Source: an uncultured Methanosarcinaceae archaeon
GTDB taxonomy: Archaea; Halobacteriota; Methanosarcinia; Methanosarcinales; Methanosarcinaceae
Length of the DNA stretch: 64,000 nt
Reading direction: 5' to 3'
NCBI GenBank assembly: GCA_963733675.1
Contig: CAVTET010000004.1
Span: 416,001-480,000, forward strand
Shown: piece after piece, positions 36,110 through 47,242 of the stretch
How positions within the stretch are numbered: position 1 is the stretch's first letter
Layout of the letters: every line of letters begins with the position of its first letter
Position numbers and translations under genes: made by a program
The notes under the pieces: model-generated
Databases searched by the model: none
What the model was told of the DNA's origin: nothing
The model's input: the letters and a program-made list of their open reading frames with translations, nothing else

Positions 36110-36540
36110 TCAGTATGTAACTACCCTCAATTCAAACTTCATCATCACATATCTGTTTCTTAATCTCATAGTATTCTTTAAAGATTTTCCTTGCTATAAC
36201 ACTTTTGACAATTTGCAACACCCTTGACGGAAATTATATTGATTCAACACCCACGAAAATATGCACATGATGGGCATCAAACTCAAAAAAGTATTTTTTG
36301 CCGATTTCAGAATATATAGATTTCAAATCGTTGGTGATTTCATTGTCTAAAAGAAATTTCTTACGATACTTTACACCAAAATTACGTGAGATCATATTTT
36401 TATAGACACAATAAGTTGCATGACGTAGTTTCATTTTTTTGTTGCAAAGGTAGCCTAACAGATAAATAAGTTATTTAATTAACTGTTATCAGGGAATTTT
36501 CGATCCCCCTCAGCAATTTTGGGGGTATTCGACTGGGATT
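36110..36540 (-). mobile_element. IS200/IS605 tnpA remnant with left end
   Basis: MKLRHATYCVY..VKYRKK..HHVHIFV (HUH motif) ..PSRVLQIVKSVIARKIFKEY; GC-rich subterminal sequence at 36490-36540. Confidence 0.8.
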
Positions 36541-36702
36541 AAGAACTTCATAGTGTCACAGTTTCAAGAATTCAACTTTCTACCAGATGTATTAAGCATA
36601 ATTTTTTTATTTCTTTTTTTAGATTGATAAGTTTATAATATACACAAGCGAATTAAAAATATAAATACAGAACTAACTGGCAAAAACAGGAGGATTAATG
36701 AC

Positions 36703-38487
36703 TTGGCAAAGCATTTTTTCATGGTCACCGGAGAAGAAGCGGGCCCTAAATCGAACAAAATGGGCGGAATCTGGAACGTCATTGATGGAGAAGCACTTAC
36801 ATTTGCGACTCTATTCAATTCTGGGACATTGGAATTAAAAGATAGAATGAAATACTTGTTGTTGGGCCTTATTATGGACATAGAGGTGCAGACTGGAATA
36901 GAGAACTAAACAGGATTACAAATATTGAGGAATTTAGTCACCTTAATAATGATGGAGAGCTTCAAAAAAGCTTAGAATTACTTGAAAAGTCAGGTATCAA
37001 AGTTTTTACAGGAGAAAAACGGATAGGAAAAACGAGAATATGTTATCTGCAGTTTCAAACTTGTGATTTCGGAAAAATACTCACAACATACAATGGAAGG
37101 GAGATGACACTCGAAAACAGGATCAAAGCTGAAGCCTATGAACTCTTTGGGTTAGATTCCTTGAAATATGAGAGCATGTCAAATGGATTGGAATACACTC
37201 ATTATCTTTCTCTTTCCTATGCAATTTCCGAACTTGCCCGTCTTCTCGTAAACTTGTCCATGGGAACTTATGAAAAATGGAAAAAGGATCCATCCTCAAA
37301 TCTGAATTTTAGTTCCTACCCTCGTGTTTCCCTTCACTGCCATGAATTTGGAGTATTTTATGCTGCAGCCAGGCTTAAGAAACTTGAAGTTCCGGTAAGT
37401 ACTGTTGCAACTCTGCACGCTACACTCCCCGGAAGAGCTGCAGGATATAATTCTCTTCAAAAAATAAGGACTTATGACAGTACATGGGCTCCTAGAGTGC
37501 CGGAAAACCTGGCTGCCCTCGAAGCCCTTGCCTCATATGCAGATGCTATTACCACAGCAAGTGAGTCTACCAAGCAGGAAGCAAAGCTTTATTATGGGTT
37601 TAAGGGAATTGTGATCCGAAACGGGATTAATATACGATCCGATAAAATAGATTGGAATCTGAAAGAACGTGGTCTTGAACAGATTCAAAAATTTCTTTCC
37701 GAAAATCTGTACAAATATCATGGAGGGGAAAGGATAAAACCCGAGAAGATCATTCCTATTTTTACGATCTCCCGCATAGAAGTGGAAAACAAAGGATATC
37801 CTGAACTCCTCGATTCTCTTGTTGCTCTGGATCATATAATACAGAATAGCATTCTAGAAGGGCATATGGAAGAAGGAATTAAGGTGATATGTTTTCTTGT
37901 TACCGCAGAAGGCCCCAAGAAAAACCTACCGGAAGGTTTTCCTGTCAACCTACCAAAAGAAGTGCTTGTAGGAAACGAAATAAGGATTCAGCAGATGATC
38001 GGAGAAAAAAGGCTAGATTTTTCGAAAATGGTACGTGGAAAGGGTTCAGTTGCAGCGGTTCTATATCCCCAGATTCTCTCAATATCCGATGGGGGACGCG
38101 GTATGGAAGTTGGGGATTTCATGGCCGGCTGCTGTGCAGGCATCTTTCCCTCGCGTTATGATCCTTTCCTACTTACCAGACTTGAAGCCAGAAAATAGGG
38201 GACTCCAAAGCGTGATCAGCCGGATATGTGGCTTCAGTGATGCTATAAATGCCATCGAACCTCTAGTGGAAGGATTGGGGGGTATAATAATCGTAGACAA
38301 CATCGATCTTTCCTATTATGAAACAGTCCTTGATTATGCCCTCGCACTTAGTTACTTTACGCAAAATTTCATAGATGATAGGATAAAGTATAAACTTCTG
38401 TGTATGGAAGCTTTTCTCCTAGCAAAAAATATGAACTGGGCAGAACCTACTCAACAGTATTATGAGCTGATGAGTGGACACACATGA
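36703..38487 (+). pseudogene. Glycogen synthase-like glycosyltransferase (GT3-like) pseudogene
   Basis: E..NKMGGI, HCHEF, TLHATLPGR, ISRIEVENKG and GIFPSRYDPF; frameshift near 36850, in-frame TAG 38196-98 and a second frameshift just after. Confidence 0.85.
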
Positions 38488-38642
38488 ACTTATGAGCGGA
38501 ATACTCTAAGAAAAAAATTAGAGAAAAAAGTTACCAGTAGCACCTATTGCATCAAGCTCAAAACAATAAATTTCATCAATTTCAAAGATACATATTTCAA
38601 ATAGTTAATAATGTCATTGTTTAATAATACTTTTTTACGATA

Positions 38643-38666
38643 ATATATATATATATATATATATAT
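38643..38666. repeat. (AT)12 microsatellite
   Basis: Twelve perfect AT units. Confidence 0.95.
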
Positions 38667-39019
38667 AAAGCAAATAATATAAATTTGTCATATAGAAACA
38701 AGTTTCGAATTACATAATTCAATTTTATAGTACAAAGATAACTTAAAATATTAATCCGTTAGTAAATAACGTTTCTCAGGGAAGTTTATGTTCTTAACCA
38801 ACTTACAGGTAGATAGATATCTATCTTTCCGAGTCAAGAACTAAGAAAAAACCACCTAAACTCCCACAAACTATCATCAAAGCTATCCACTTGCCCTCCA
38901 ATTTATTTTTCGCCCCTTTGAAAGGAACTTAGAACTATCAGATAAAATAAAATATGCCTACGCTATGCAATTATTGATGAAACAAATGCATCTAATAGAT
39001 TTGTGCCGATTATGCTTTT

Positions 39020-39411
39020 AAAAAGATAGATCCATATTGGCTTGGAATTGAAACTGCTAAAGCTTTCAGAACTGCGTCCTTAAGAAAACTGAATGTCTAC
39101 CCCCAAGTCTGCGTTTACTTGATAAATACCAAAATGTACCTAAGTGCATTGTTTCGAACGCCCAGAGAGTTTTTACTGAACAGGAACTTCACTTTTTTAG
39201 CTTATACGATCGCTTCAATTTCACAATTATGTCTCCTGATTATTATATCAAGAAACCCGACCTCAGACTCTTCAAGATGGCTCTTGATAGACTTGGACTT
39301 GAGGCTTGGGAAGTGCTCTCTATTGGTGATACGCCGGAAAATGATATTTATCCACCTCAAAGTCTTGGGATGAATGCAATGCTTATCAGTGATGCCGGGA
39401 AGTATGGATAA
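39020..39411 (+). pseudogene. HAD-superfamily hydrolase remnant
   Basis: CIVSNAQ, IKKPD.RLF and IGDTPENDI..PQSLGM; frameshift near 39105 and N-terminus missing. Confidence 0.75.
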
Positions 39412-39478
39412 TCCCCACAAAAACAGGATCCATAACCAATTAGTGAGCTTACAAAATTGATATCTCAATGTATATGCT

Positions 39479-39585
39479 TTAAAAATAATTATTAATATTT
39501 AATTGCTCTTTGAATGTGAAATATTTAATGTTGCATTATTTTTCGTTTAGAAACTTTTTTACATATCATTAATTTAAAGTAACAA
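39479..39585 (+). promoter_or_regulatory. Promoter-like module, copy E; the downstream gene start is cut by IS6
   Basis: ATTATTAATATTTAATTG ... TTTTTCGTTTAGAAAC ... ATTAATTTAAAGTAAC matches copies A, B and D. Confidence 0.55.
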
Positions 39586-39727
39586 AGCTGATAAAAATAA
39601 CTATTTCTAGGTAAATACATCATCAGTACCTAAAAAGAAAATAAGATTTACAACATAATAAGGTTCTAAAATAAATAGGAAGTGCTTATTTAATGGGAAA
39701 GCAAGAAGTCAACCAAACAAAAAAAGG

Positions 39728-40582
39728 GGTTCCGTTGCAAAAAATCCTTTCTAATGATACAATAGAATAAAAAGAAAACCAAAGATAGTAACATGCTATC
39801 TAATTCCTTTAAATGGAAGCATTATGAAGGGGAAATTATCTTATTGAATGTAAGATGGTACTTAAAATATGCATTAAGTTATAGAAATTTAAAGGAAATG
39901 ATGGCAGAAAGGGGAGTAAAAGTCGACCATACAACAATCATGAGATGGGTACATCAATATTCCCCTGAAATAAAAAAGAAGATAAGAAGACATTTAAGAC
40001 CAACAAATAATTCGTGGAGAGTTGATGAAACTTATATAAAAGTAAAAGGTAAATGGAAATATTTTTATCGAGCAGTTGACTCAAATGGAGATACAATTGA
40101 TTTCATGTTAAGTTCAAAACGAGATAGAAAGGCAGCGAAGAGATTCTTTAAGAAAGCTTTGAGTTCTAATCATAATCAAATTCCAAGATTAATAACCGTT
40201 GATAAGAATCCAGCTTATCCACCTGCTATAGATAAACTAAAAATTGATAAAATACTAACTAAAAACATAGGCATTCGACAAATCAAGTATTTGAATAACA
40301 TTATAGAACAAGATCACAGATCTATAAAGAGAATCGTTAATCCAATGTTAGGATTTCAGTCTTTTCGATCTGCTAATAAGACTTTAAAAGGAATTGAAGC
40401 TATAAATATGATCAAAAAAGGACAAGTAATCGATTTAAATTACTCTGTTCTTAATGAAGTCAAATACATTAATCAATTATTTGGTATAGTTTTATAATGT
40501 TAGTACATTTTCCTTGAATGTTTTGATTTTTATTAATCACTTATAGATTTACATATTTTGTTGAAGTTTTTGCAACGGAACC
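39728..40582 (+). mobile_element. IS6-family element, copy 4 (apparently intact)
   Basis: Perfect TIRs and a full ORF. Confidence 0.95.
39793..40497 (+). CDS. IS6-family transposase with intact DDE triad
   Basis: WRVDETY, ITVDK and IEQDHR; 234 aa. Confidence 0.93.
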   Translation: MLSNSFKWKHYEGEIILLNVRWYLKYALSYRNLKEMMAERGVKVDHTTIMRWVHQYSPEIKKKIRRHLRPTNNSWRVDETYIKVKGKWKYFYRAVDSNGDTIDFMLSSKRDRKAAKRFFKKALSSNHNQIPRLITVDKNPAYPPAIDKLKIDKILTKNIGIRQIKYLNNIIEQDHRSIKRIVNPMLGFQSFRSANKTLKGIEAINMIKKGQVIDLNYSVLNEVKYINQLFGIVL

Positions 40583-41227
40583 ACTCGATATACGTTGAGG
40601 AACATAAAAGAAGCTGGCTTTATCATTAAGGAAGCAAATGAATTGTTTTTTAAGGAAACTTTCTGGAATATCCGAGCGAAACCGTAAAAGTCTAATTCAT
40701 GTGATACTTGAATTTAAAGATTTTTTTTAATTATAGGACTTGTGCAATGTAAGTATAATATTAAGTAAAATAGACGTTGAAGTTCAACCTCAAATTTTAG
40801 ACTAATATAGGTTTAATAAGATCGGGTTTTTAGTTCAACTGTGTAAATCTTAATATTAATACATTTATAGGTTGTACATTAATAATCAGTTAATTTTTAT
40901 CCAGATAAGTTACATATTTAATTTTTTCTGTTCTGCATGGTTTAGTTTTTGGTTCCCTGTATGCAGGTTCTCGAAAAAGAGTGAATTTGAACAAAGTGTA
41001 TTGCTAGGATGAAAATATCAACCATCTAATGAGGCACGAAACACCCATATCTATTAAGGAATCAGTTAACTTTAAGTTGACTACCACATTAATTTTAGAT
41101 ATCTGATCACATTTACTTCCAAGTGATGTAAAAAGTAAATGTGGCAAAGTAGCAATAGAACCAATTATTCTAACAATTTTAAAGAGCCAAGTAAAGAAAT
41201 CTGGTGACATAAAAATTCAATTATTGT

Positions 41228-41314
41228 TGAGGACTTCGATAACTCTCATATTTAGTAGTATGTTTATAAATGATGTATATTACTCGTGAAATTAGAAGTT
41301 TATCTGAATCCTCT
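41228..41314. mobile_element. ~90-bp MITE
   Basis: GAGGACTTCGATAA ... TTTATCTGAATCCTCT. Confidence 0.7.
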
Positions 41315-41837
41315 ATTATTTTGTTAAATTCTTTTGCTTTTTTATCATTTACTGGGAATTTAAAATTTTAGCTATAACTTTTTTTTAGCTAAATCATTTT
41401 TTCTATATTATTTATTTTTGCTTCCAACATTATATTTTTCATATATATTTTCATTACACAACTTATTTGTTCTTCATTAAGGAGACCAAAATCTCAGAAT
41501 TTTTTCAGATTGAATCATTGGTTATGTTCCTGTGAATTGTTCATGCTGAAAGTTTATCTCCTCTTTTCTTGTATATTCACAAATCATAATTTTAGTTAGT
41601 TTCCTTGAATTATTAATCAAATCTAAAAAACGAGTATATCTCTGATTTTTGAGAAAATGTAGCTAGAATCTAGTGTATAAGATTTTCAATAATTCACAGA
41701 CACATGACAAACATATTTTTCAGTTTCTTTTTTGAGATACTTCTAAGTAAAATTTTTAAATAAGTTTGTATATGTAATTTTTAAAAATATTATCGCAATG
41801 ATGCTGTGTTATAACTTTATTTTATGTGAAATTTTAG

Positions 41838-42290
41838 ATGAAATAGCCTGCTAAAAAACATTTTCAGGATCCATATGCTGGGATCCTTTAGAATATATCT
41901 GGCAAACTCAGGAATGTCTAAACCAGCTTTTTGAAGACTAAATGCCTATAAAATAATGGGGTGCAAATGTATTTACTCTATTGTTAACATCCAAAAAGAA
42001 GAAATTAAGTTTGTGGTCACTACTGAATTCCATGAATCAATAAAAAGAATGTTTAGATAAACATTAAAGAAGAATGCTTGACATAAGTGCAAAGATCTAG
42101 AAGGAAAACGAAAGAGAAGAGGAAGGATATATTTGTAAGGAAGGAAAATCTACTGGCTTTTTCCGAGCTTGCTACCTGCCAACCATCTTTAAAGAGGTGG
42201 AAGCGCTTCAAAAATTGAAAATTGCATACTAAGACAACACCTCCGAAAATGAAGTTTAAAGAGCCTGCAAACAAATATAGATCTAATAAT
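41838..42290 (+). pseudogene. Heavily decayed Hsp20 gene
   Basis: Residual peptides WDPLEYIWQTQECLNQLFED, VNIQKEEIKFVVTT, LDISAK, EEEGYI and PKMKFKEPA, with many stops and frameshifts. Confidence 0.7.
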
Positions 42291-43476
42291 ATTCGACAGA
42301 TTATAGCTAATTTTCGATGTATTCTGAATTTTATTTACGAAAAGAAATGAGAAGATCATTGAATATTTCAATAAACTTTTGATTATTACAATTCATATAT
42401 ACCATCTATGAGAATATGAAGAAATGGGAAGGTTGATCTAAATCTCCTTAAATATTTAAAATATTTTTGCCCGATCGGATTCTTAAAATTTGTTATTTCC
42501 TCTCTCATAGATTTCTGAGATCTGTGATTTTACAGCAAAATCAACAAAATGGCGAATAGACTATAACACTTATAAATATCTTTAATTTTTTTGTCATTGT
42601 GCGCATAACGAAGCCTCAATATACAGGCGGAAAACTTTTTTAGTAAGTTATTGCATATTTAATATTATGGGTCATAAGGCTAACGACCAACTAGAAAATG
42701 TAAGTTCAAGTTTAATTTTTTTTATAACGATTATTGCAATAGCATTAAGCTTTTTAGGGATAATTATATCTATGAAATAAATGATGTTCACGAGGCAATA
42801 AATGCAAACATCTCTCCAATTATATCTTTAACCAATTATTTACAAAATTAACTATATCTCCCTATCGGGTTGATACCCTCCAAGGAAAGAGCTTCCTTTG
42901 ATTAATTCCTTCATCTGTTCTCAAATTCACGATCCATCGGAAATTCTGTATTATCGGGGATTTTATTTTAGATTGAGTCATTTGTGCACACTAAAGTCAT
43001 CTACTATGATAGTTTTAACGTTAGTGTTTTCAAACATAGTTTTGGAAAGTTTGTGTTTGAGATCTTTAACTTGATTTGCTTTTTTCTATTCATTTTTGTA
43101 ACTGCTTTAGCTAATTTCAGGTATCTATTACTTTTTGTAGGACATGTTTTAACTAGAAAACGAAATCAATTAGACATATAAAGGTAATTAGTATCATAAA
43201 AAGGAAAAATTACAACAATTATATAGTATCTTATAGCAAATTGTGAGATGTACTAAGATGAAATAGAATCTTAAAAGGGAGAAATTAAAGAGGAATAAGT
43301 TTGTTAAACCAGAGATATTCTTGGTTGATAAAAGTATAAAAATAATTAGTGAAATAATCGTAATTGTGGGAAAAGAAGACAGTGTGAGTACTTGAAATGC
43401 CCTCTCATGTACTTTCATTCCAAAAATAAATATTCACTATAATGATTCTAATTCCACGCTTTGTTAGAGGATTTCT

Positions 43477-44184
43477 ATGAAACTGCTTGTAAGTCCAATC
43501 AATAAAGAGGAAGCCATTATAGTTTCAAGAGGAGGTGCTGATATTGTGGATGTCAAAAACCCAATAGAAGGTTCCCTTGGAGCCAACTTTCCATGGATAA
43601 TTAGAGATGTAAAAGAAGCTGTAAATGGAAGACAGCCGATAAGCGCAACAATAGGAGATTTTAATTACAAACCCGGAACTGCTTCTCTTGCAGCTTTGGG
43701 AGCAGCGGTTGCGGGAGCAGACTACATTAAGGTTGGCCTTTACGATATTCAGACTCCAGAACAAGCACTCGAGTTTCTTATAAATATAATAAGAGCTGTG
43801 AAAGACTATGACTCAACCAAGAAAGTAGTTGCCTCAGGATATTCAGACTATAAACGCATTAATTCGATTTCCCCCTTATTGCTCTCCGAAGTTGCGGCAA
43901 AGGCTAGAGCAGATGTAGTCATGGTAGATACTGCAATCAAGGATGGGAAATCTACTTTCGAATTCATGGATGAGAAAGGACTTAAAAGGTTCACTGACAT
44001 TGCTCATGAATATGGACTTGAAAATGCAATTGCTGGTTCCCTGAAATTCGATGACCTCCCAGCGCTTGAAAGAATAGGACCTGACATTATTGGTGTTCGG
44101 GGTATGGTTTGTGGAGGGAACAGGGAAACTACAATTCAGCAAAAACTGGTAGAAAAGCTCGTAGCTGAGTGCCAAAACTTATAA
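43477..44184 (+). CDS. mfnB: (5-formylfuran-3-yl)methyl phosphate synthase (methanofuran biosynthesis)
   Basis: LLVSP, DVKNP.EGSLGA, SATIGD, DYIKVG, MVDTAIKDG, AGSL and DIIGVRG. Confidence 0.95.
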   Translation: MKLLVSPINKEEAIIVSRGGADIVDVKNPIEGSLGANFPWIIRDVKEAVNGRQPISATIGDFNYKPGTASLAALGAAVAGADYIKVGLYDIQTPEQALEFLINIIRAVKDYDSTKKVVASGYSDYKRINSISPLLLSEVAAKARADVVMVDTAIKDGKSTFEFMDEKGLKRFTDIAHEYGLENAIAGSLKFDDLPALERIGPDIIGVRGMVCGGNRETTIQQKLVEKLVAECQNL

Positions 44185-44422
44185 ATTTTATAAATCCACT
44201 GTGAAACTTAAATTTTGTGCGTGCATGTTTTCTAGGCAACATAGCTAAATATTGTTATGGATGAGTAAATATTATCATATTCGTTATTATTATGTTGTTT
44301 TTTTTGGACATATATGGAATCACTTTTGGAACTTTTTATTGGTTTTAGCCTTGAGTTATTAACTTACTTTTACACATTTTTAATTTTATGCTTATCACTG
44401 GATTAATAAGTGAATATCCTTA

Positions 44423-44511
44423 GGAGGATTTCAAAAACGTATGATTTTCAAAAGTCATTTATATACTACTTATATGAATAGAAAATAATTTAGGAATTAT
44501 TAAAATCCTCT
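44423..44511. mobile_element. ~90-bp MITE
   Basis: GAGGATTTCAAAAA ... ATTATTAAAATCCTCT. Confidence 0.65.
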
Positions 44512-45431
44512 TAAGATCTAGATGGCAATTCACTGATTAGTTTTGAAACGGTCTTGGAAACCAAAATTAGAAGAAACTTCCTGCTCAAGATAACGATAGA
44601 TTCAATGTTCAAAAAATTAAGGATAAGTATTATTTTTTTGTTTATTTGAGCATGTTATTGAAAAATTTCATACCTACATTTATTTCGATAAAATAGCAAA
44701 TATCAAGAAATTCTGGGAAAAAAAATCACATTTAGGAAGAACCCATTTTAATACAATATATTAAAATTTAACTTTGCATTTAAAGCAAATTTGGAATACT
44801 GTCAATTATATACATCAACGATACTAAATAATTTAGGTGATATGTACAGTGAAATGACTGTTTCTATACCAGAAGTGGAGTTATTTTTTTTTGCTTTTAT
44901 CAACGGCTCCACTAACTTTGATAATTGTGAATATTCTTCTGATTTGCAGAAAATGTTCTCAGAACTTAAGAGATTCGAAAAAATGTTATATTAACTCAAT
45001 AAATTATTCAAAAGTTGATTGAATCCGAAATTCTGCAGATGCAGACAGGAGTATTATTTGGTTATCTGTTTACTCATTATTATTCATTGAAAATTATATT
45101 TATTTTTAAGCTATTCCCATATTGAGAAAATAGATGTCATTCTTGAGTACACTTGCAGAAAATGATTGGAATTATGTTGAGTTACTTGTTTGTTATATTT
45201 TTAATTTTATATTCTGTTTACTTATTCTATTTCTTATTTGGTAACACAATAATAGTACTAATCTTTACAAGACTGATGGAGGCAGAGGTATTTGATTTTT
45301 GTCCTATGTTTTTCATTAAGTAGATATTCTAGCTGCATTATTAATTATATCAGTCAAATATTACACAACTATAGAAAATTATTAATACAGAAGAGACAAA
45401 GAATTACAATACAAATTTTAACGCTGAGAAT

Positions 45432-45941
45432 ATGAAGACGTTTATTGTATTGTTAACCCTACTAACAGTTGTGCTCTTTACGGCTGGATGTACTGAAGAG
45501 GTCCCGAAAAACGCCACGAGCCTCAAGAATACTTCAGAAAAGAATCCTGTTGTCGAAGCAACCCAACTGGAGCAAATAAACAAATCTCTTCAAAAAGGCC
45601 CAGTTCTTTTAAAAATCGGAGCTGATTGGTGTGGACCATGCCAGGAAATGAAGCCAATACTTAGTGAACTGGCAAAAGAATATGATGGGAAAGCAACGAT
45701 AATGTCTGTGGATGCAGACAACAGCCTTGAATTTGCAAACTATTTCGTAATAAACTCTATTCCCGACTCTTCTGTAATAGTAGGTATTGAAAACGGAAAA
45801 TATGTTTACATTCAAGAGGATGGGACCGTCAGCAATGATAGATTAAGGTCCAGGATTCTCGGAGGCAGGGACAAAGAAGTATTCAAAAAAATTCTTGATC
45901 TAGCTATCCAAAAGTCAAGTCTACATAAAAAAATAATGTAG
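45432..45941 (+). CDS. Thioredoxin-family lipoprotein
   Basis: Lipobox-like TAGC after a signal peptide; WCGPC active site. Confidence 0.9.
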   Translation: MKTFIVLLTLLTVVLFTAGCTEEVPKNATSLKNTSEKNPVVEATQLEQINKSLQKGPVLLKIGADWCGPCQEMKPILSELAKEYDGKATIMSVDADNSLEFANYFVINSIPDSSVIVGIENGKYVYIQEDGTVSNDRLRSRILGGRDKEVFKKILDLAIQKSSLHKKIM

Positions 45942-46057
45942 CTGATTGACTAACTTCGAAGTCCGCATGTATATCGGAAGTTTAAACCTGTGAAACCCAT
46001 TATTCAGGGTATAATACACACTATCCAAAAAATAACATCCTAAGATAGATAAGAATC

Positions 46058-46705
46058 ATGTACGAAACTATCCCCCCTCTGACTGCATTTGGCGCGGGAA
46101 TTCTCAGTGTCCTGTCTCCGTGCATTCTGCCACTTCTGCCCGCTGTACTGGCAACATCCGCCGGGAAAAGCAAAATAAGGCCTCTTGCAATAGTACTTGG
46201 AGTCTCAATAGCCTTCATTTTAATGGGAGTGGTAACTTCTATCTTTGGGGCAGCTTTCCAGAGTCATATAGGTCAACTGAAGATTATGGCAGAGCTCCTG
46301 ATCCTCCTAATGGGTTTTTCATTACTTTTTGAACTGAGCCTATTCAATACCTTTTCAAAGTTCCCTCTTTTTGCAGATATGAATGAAGAAGGGTCTATTT
46401 CGGGTCTTTTGCTTGGGCTTTCCCTCGGAGTACTTTGGATCCCCTGTATAGGACCGATTCTTGGTTCGATCCTGGCCATGGTTGCTCTGGAAGGAAGCAC
46501 TTCAAACGGCGCATTCACCCTTTCAATTTATTCTCTTGGATTTTCAATGCCAATGCTCGTGCTCGCATATTCAGCTCATTTTTCTTCCTCAAAACTCCGT
46601 CTCATATCAATGTATGATGAAATACTCAAAAAGGGAGCTGGAATGGTTATCATTCTATTTGGGTTCTGGATGGTTTATCATAACCATTTCAGGGGGTTAT
46701 TTTAA
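46058..46705 (+). CDS. ccdA: CcdA/DsbD transmembrane electron transporter
   Basis: GILSVLSPCILPLLP and WIPCIGPILG motifs; about six TM helices. Confidence 0.9.
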   Translation: MYETIPPLTAFGAGILSVLSPCILPLLPAVLATSAGKSKIRPLAIVLGVSIAFILMGVVTSIFGAAFQSHIGQLKIMAELLILLMGFSLLFELSLFNTFSKFPLFADMNEEGSISGLLLGLSLGVLWIPCIGPILGSILAMVALEGSTSNGAFTLSIYSLGFSMPMLVLAYSAHFSSSKLRLISMYDEILKKGAGMVIILFGFWMVYHNHFRGLF

Positions 46706-47114
46706 AAACAAATATGAAATTCTTCAAATAAGATGCTCAAATAATTAAAAGTTTTTTCCAGGAACACTTTTAATTATTTGAGCATTGACTACATAGTTAT
46801 TTTGGCAAGGAAGTTTGTTCTAATTTTGTGGAAGCATAAATTATAGCTGAAGATTTAATTTTAGACTTGGACATGTGAGGGTAATTAGTATCATAGAACG
46901 GAAAATTTTCCACGATTATATAGCATTGATTACAAATTAGGAGATATACGAAAATGAAACAGGGTATAAAATTGGAGACATGCAAAAGAGGAAGATTATT
47001 GAGGCTGATACATTCTTGGTTAATAAATGTATAAATTTTATTAGTGGAATAATTGCAATTATGAGGAAAGAGATTGTGAGCATACATTGGGAGGATATCC
47101 TATGTACTTTCATA

Positions 47115-47200
47115 GGCTTTGTACCTAAAGTCTTATTTTAGCTCGACTTTAGGTATAGAAATTAGATTTGAGGTGCAAAACGTACTTTAGGTGCAAAGCC
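47115..47200. mobile_element. 86-bp MITE with GGCTTTG-type TIRs
   Basis: GGCTTTGTACCTAAAGT / ACTTTAGGTGCAAAGCC (16/17 match); flanks ACTTTCATA and ACTTTTATG resemble a 9-bp TSD. Confidence 0.65.
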
Positions 47201-47242
47201 ACTTTTATGTCAAAGTATTAGTACAAAAAAGTAAGCATATGC

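Noticed and set aside
44791-44994. ORF with TPR-like TILNNLGDMYSEM
   Set aside because: A single partial repeat; at most a small remnant, too weak to call.
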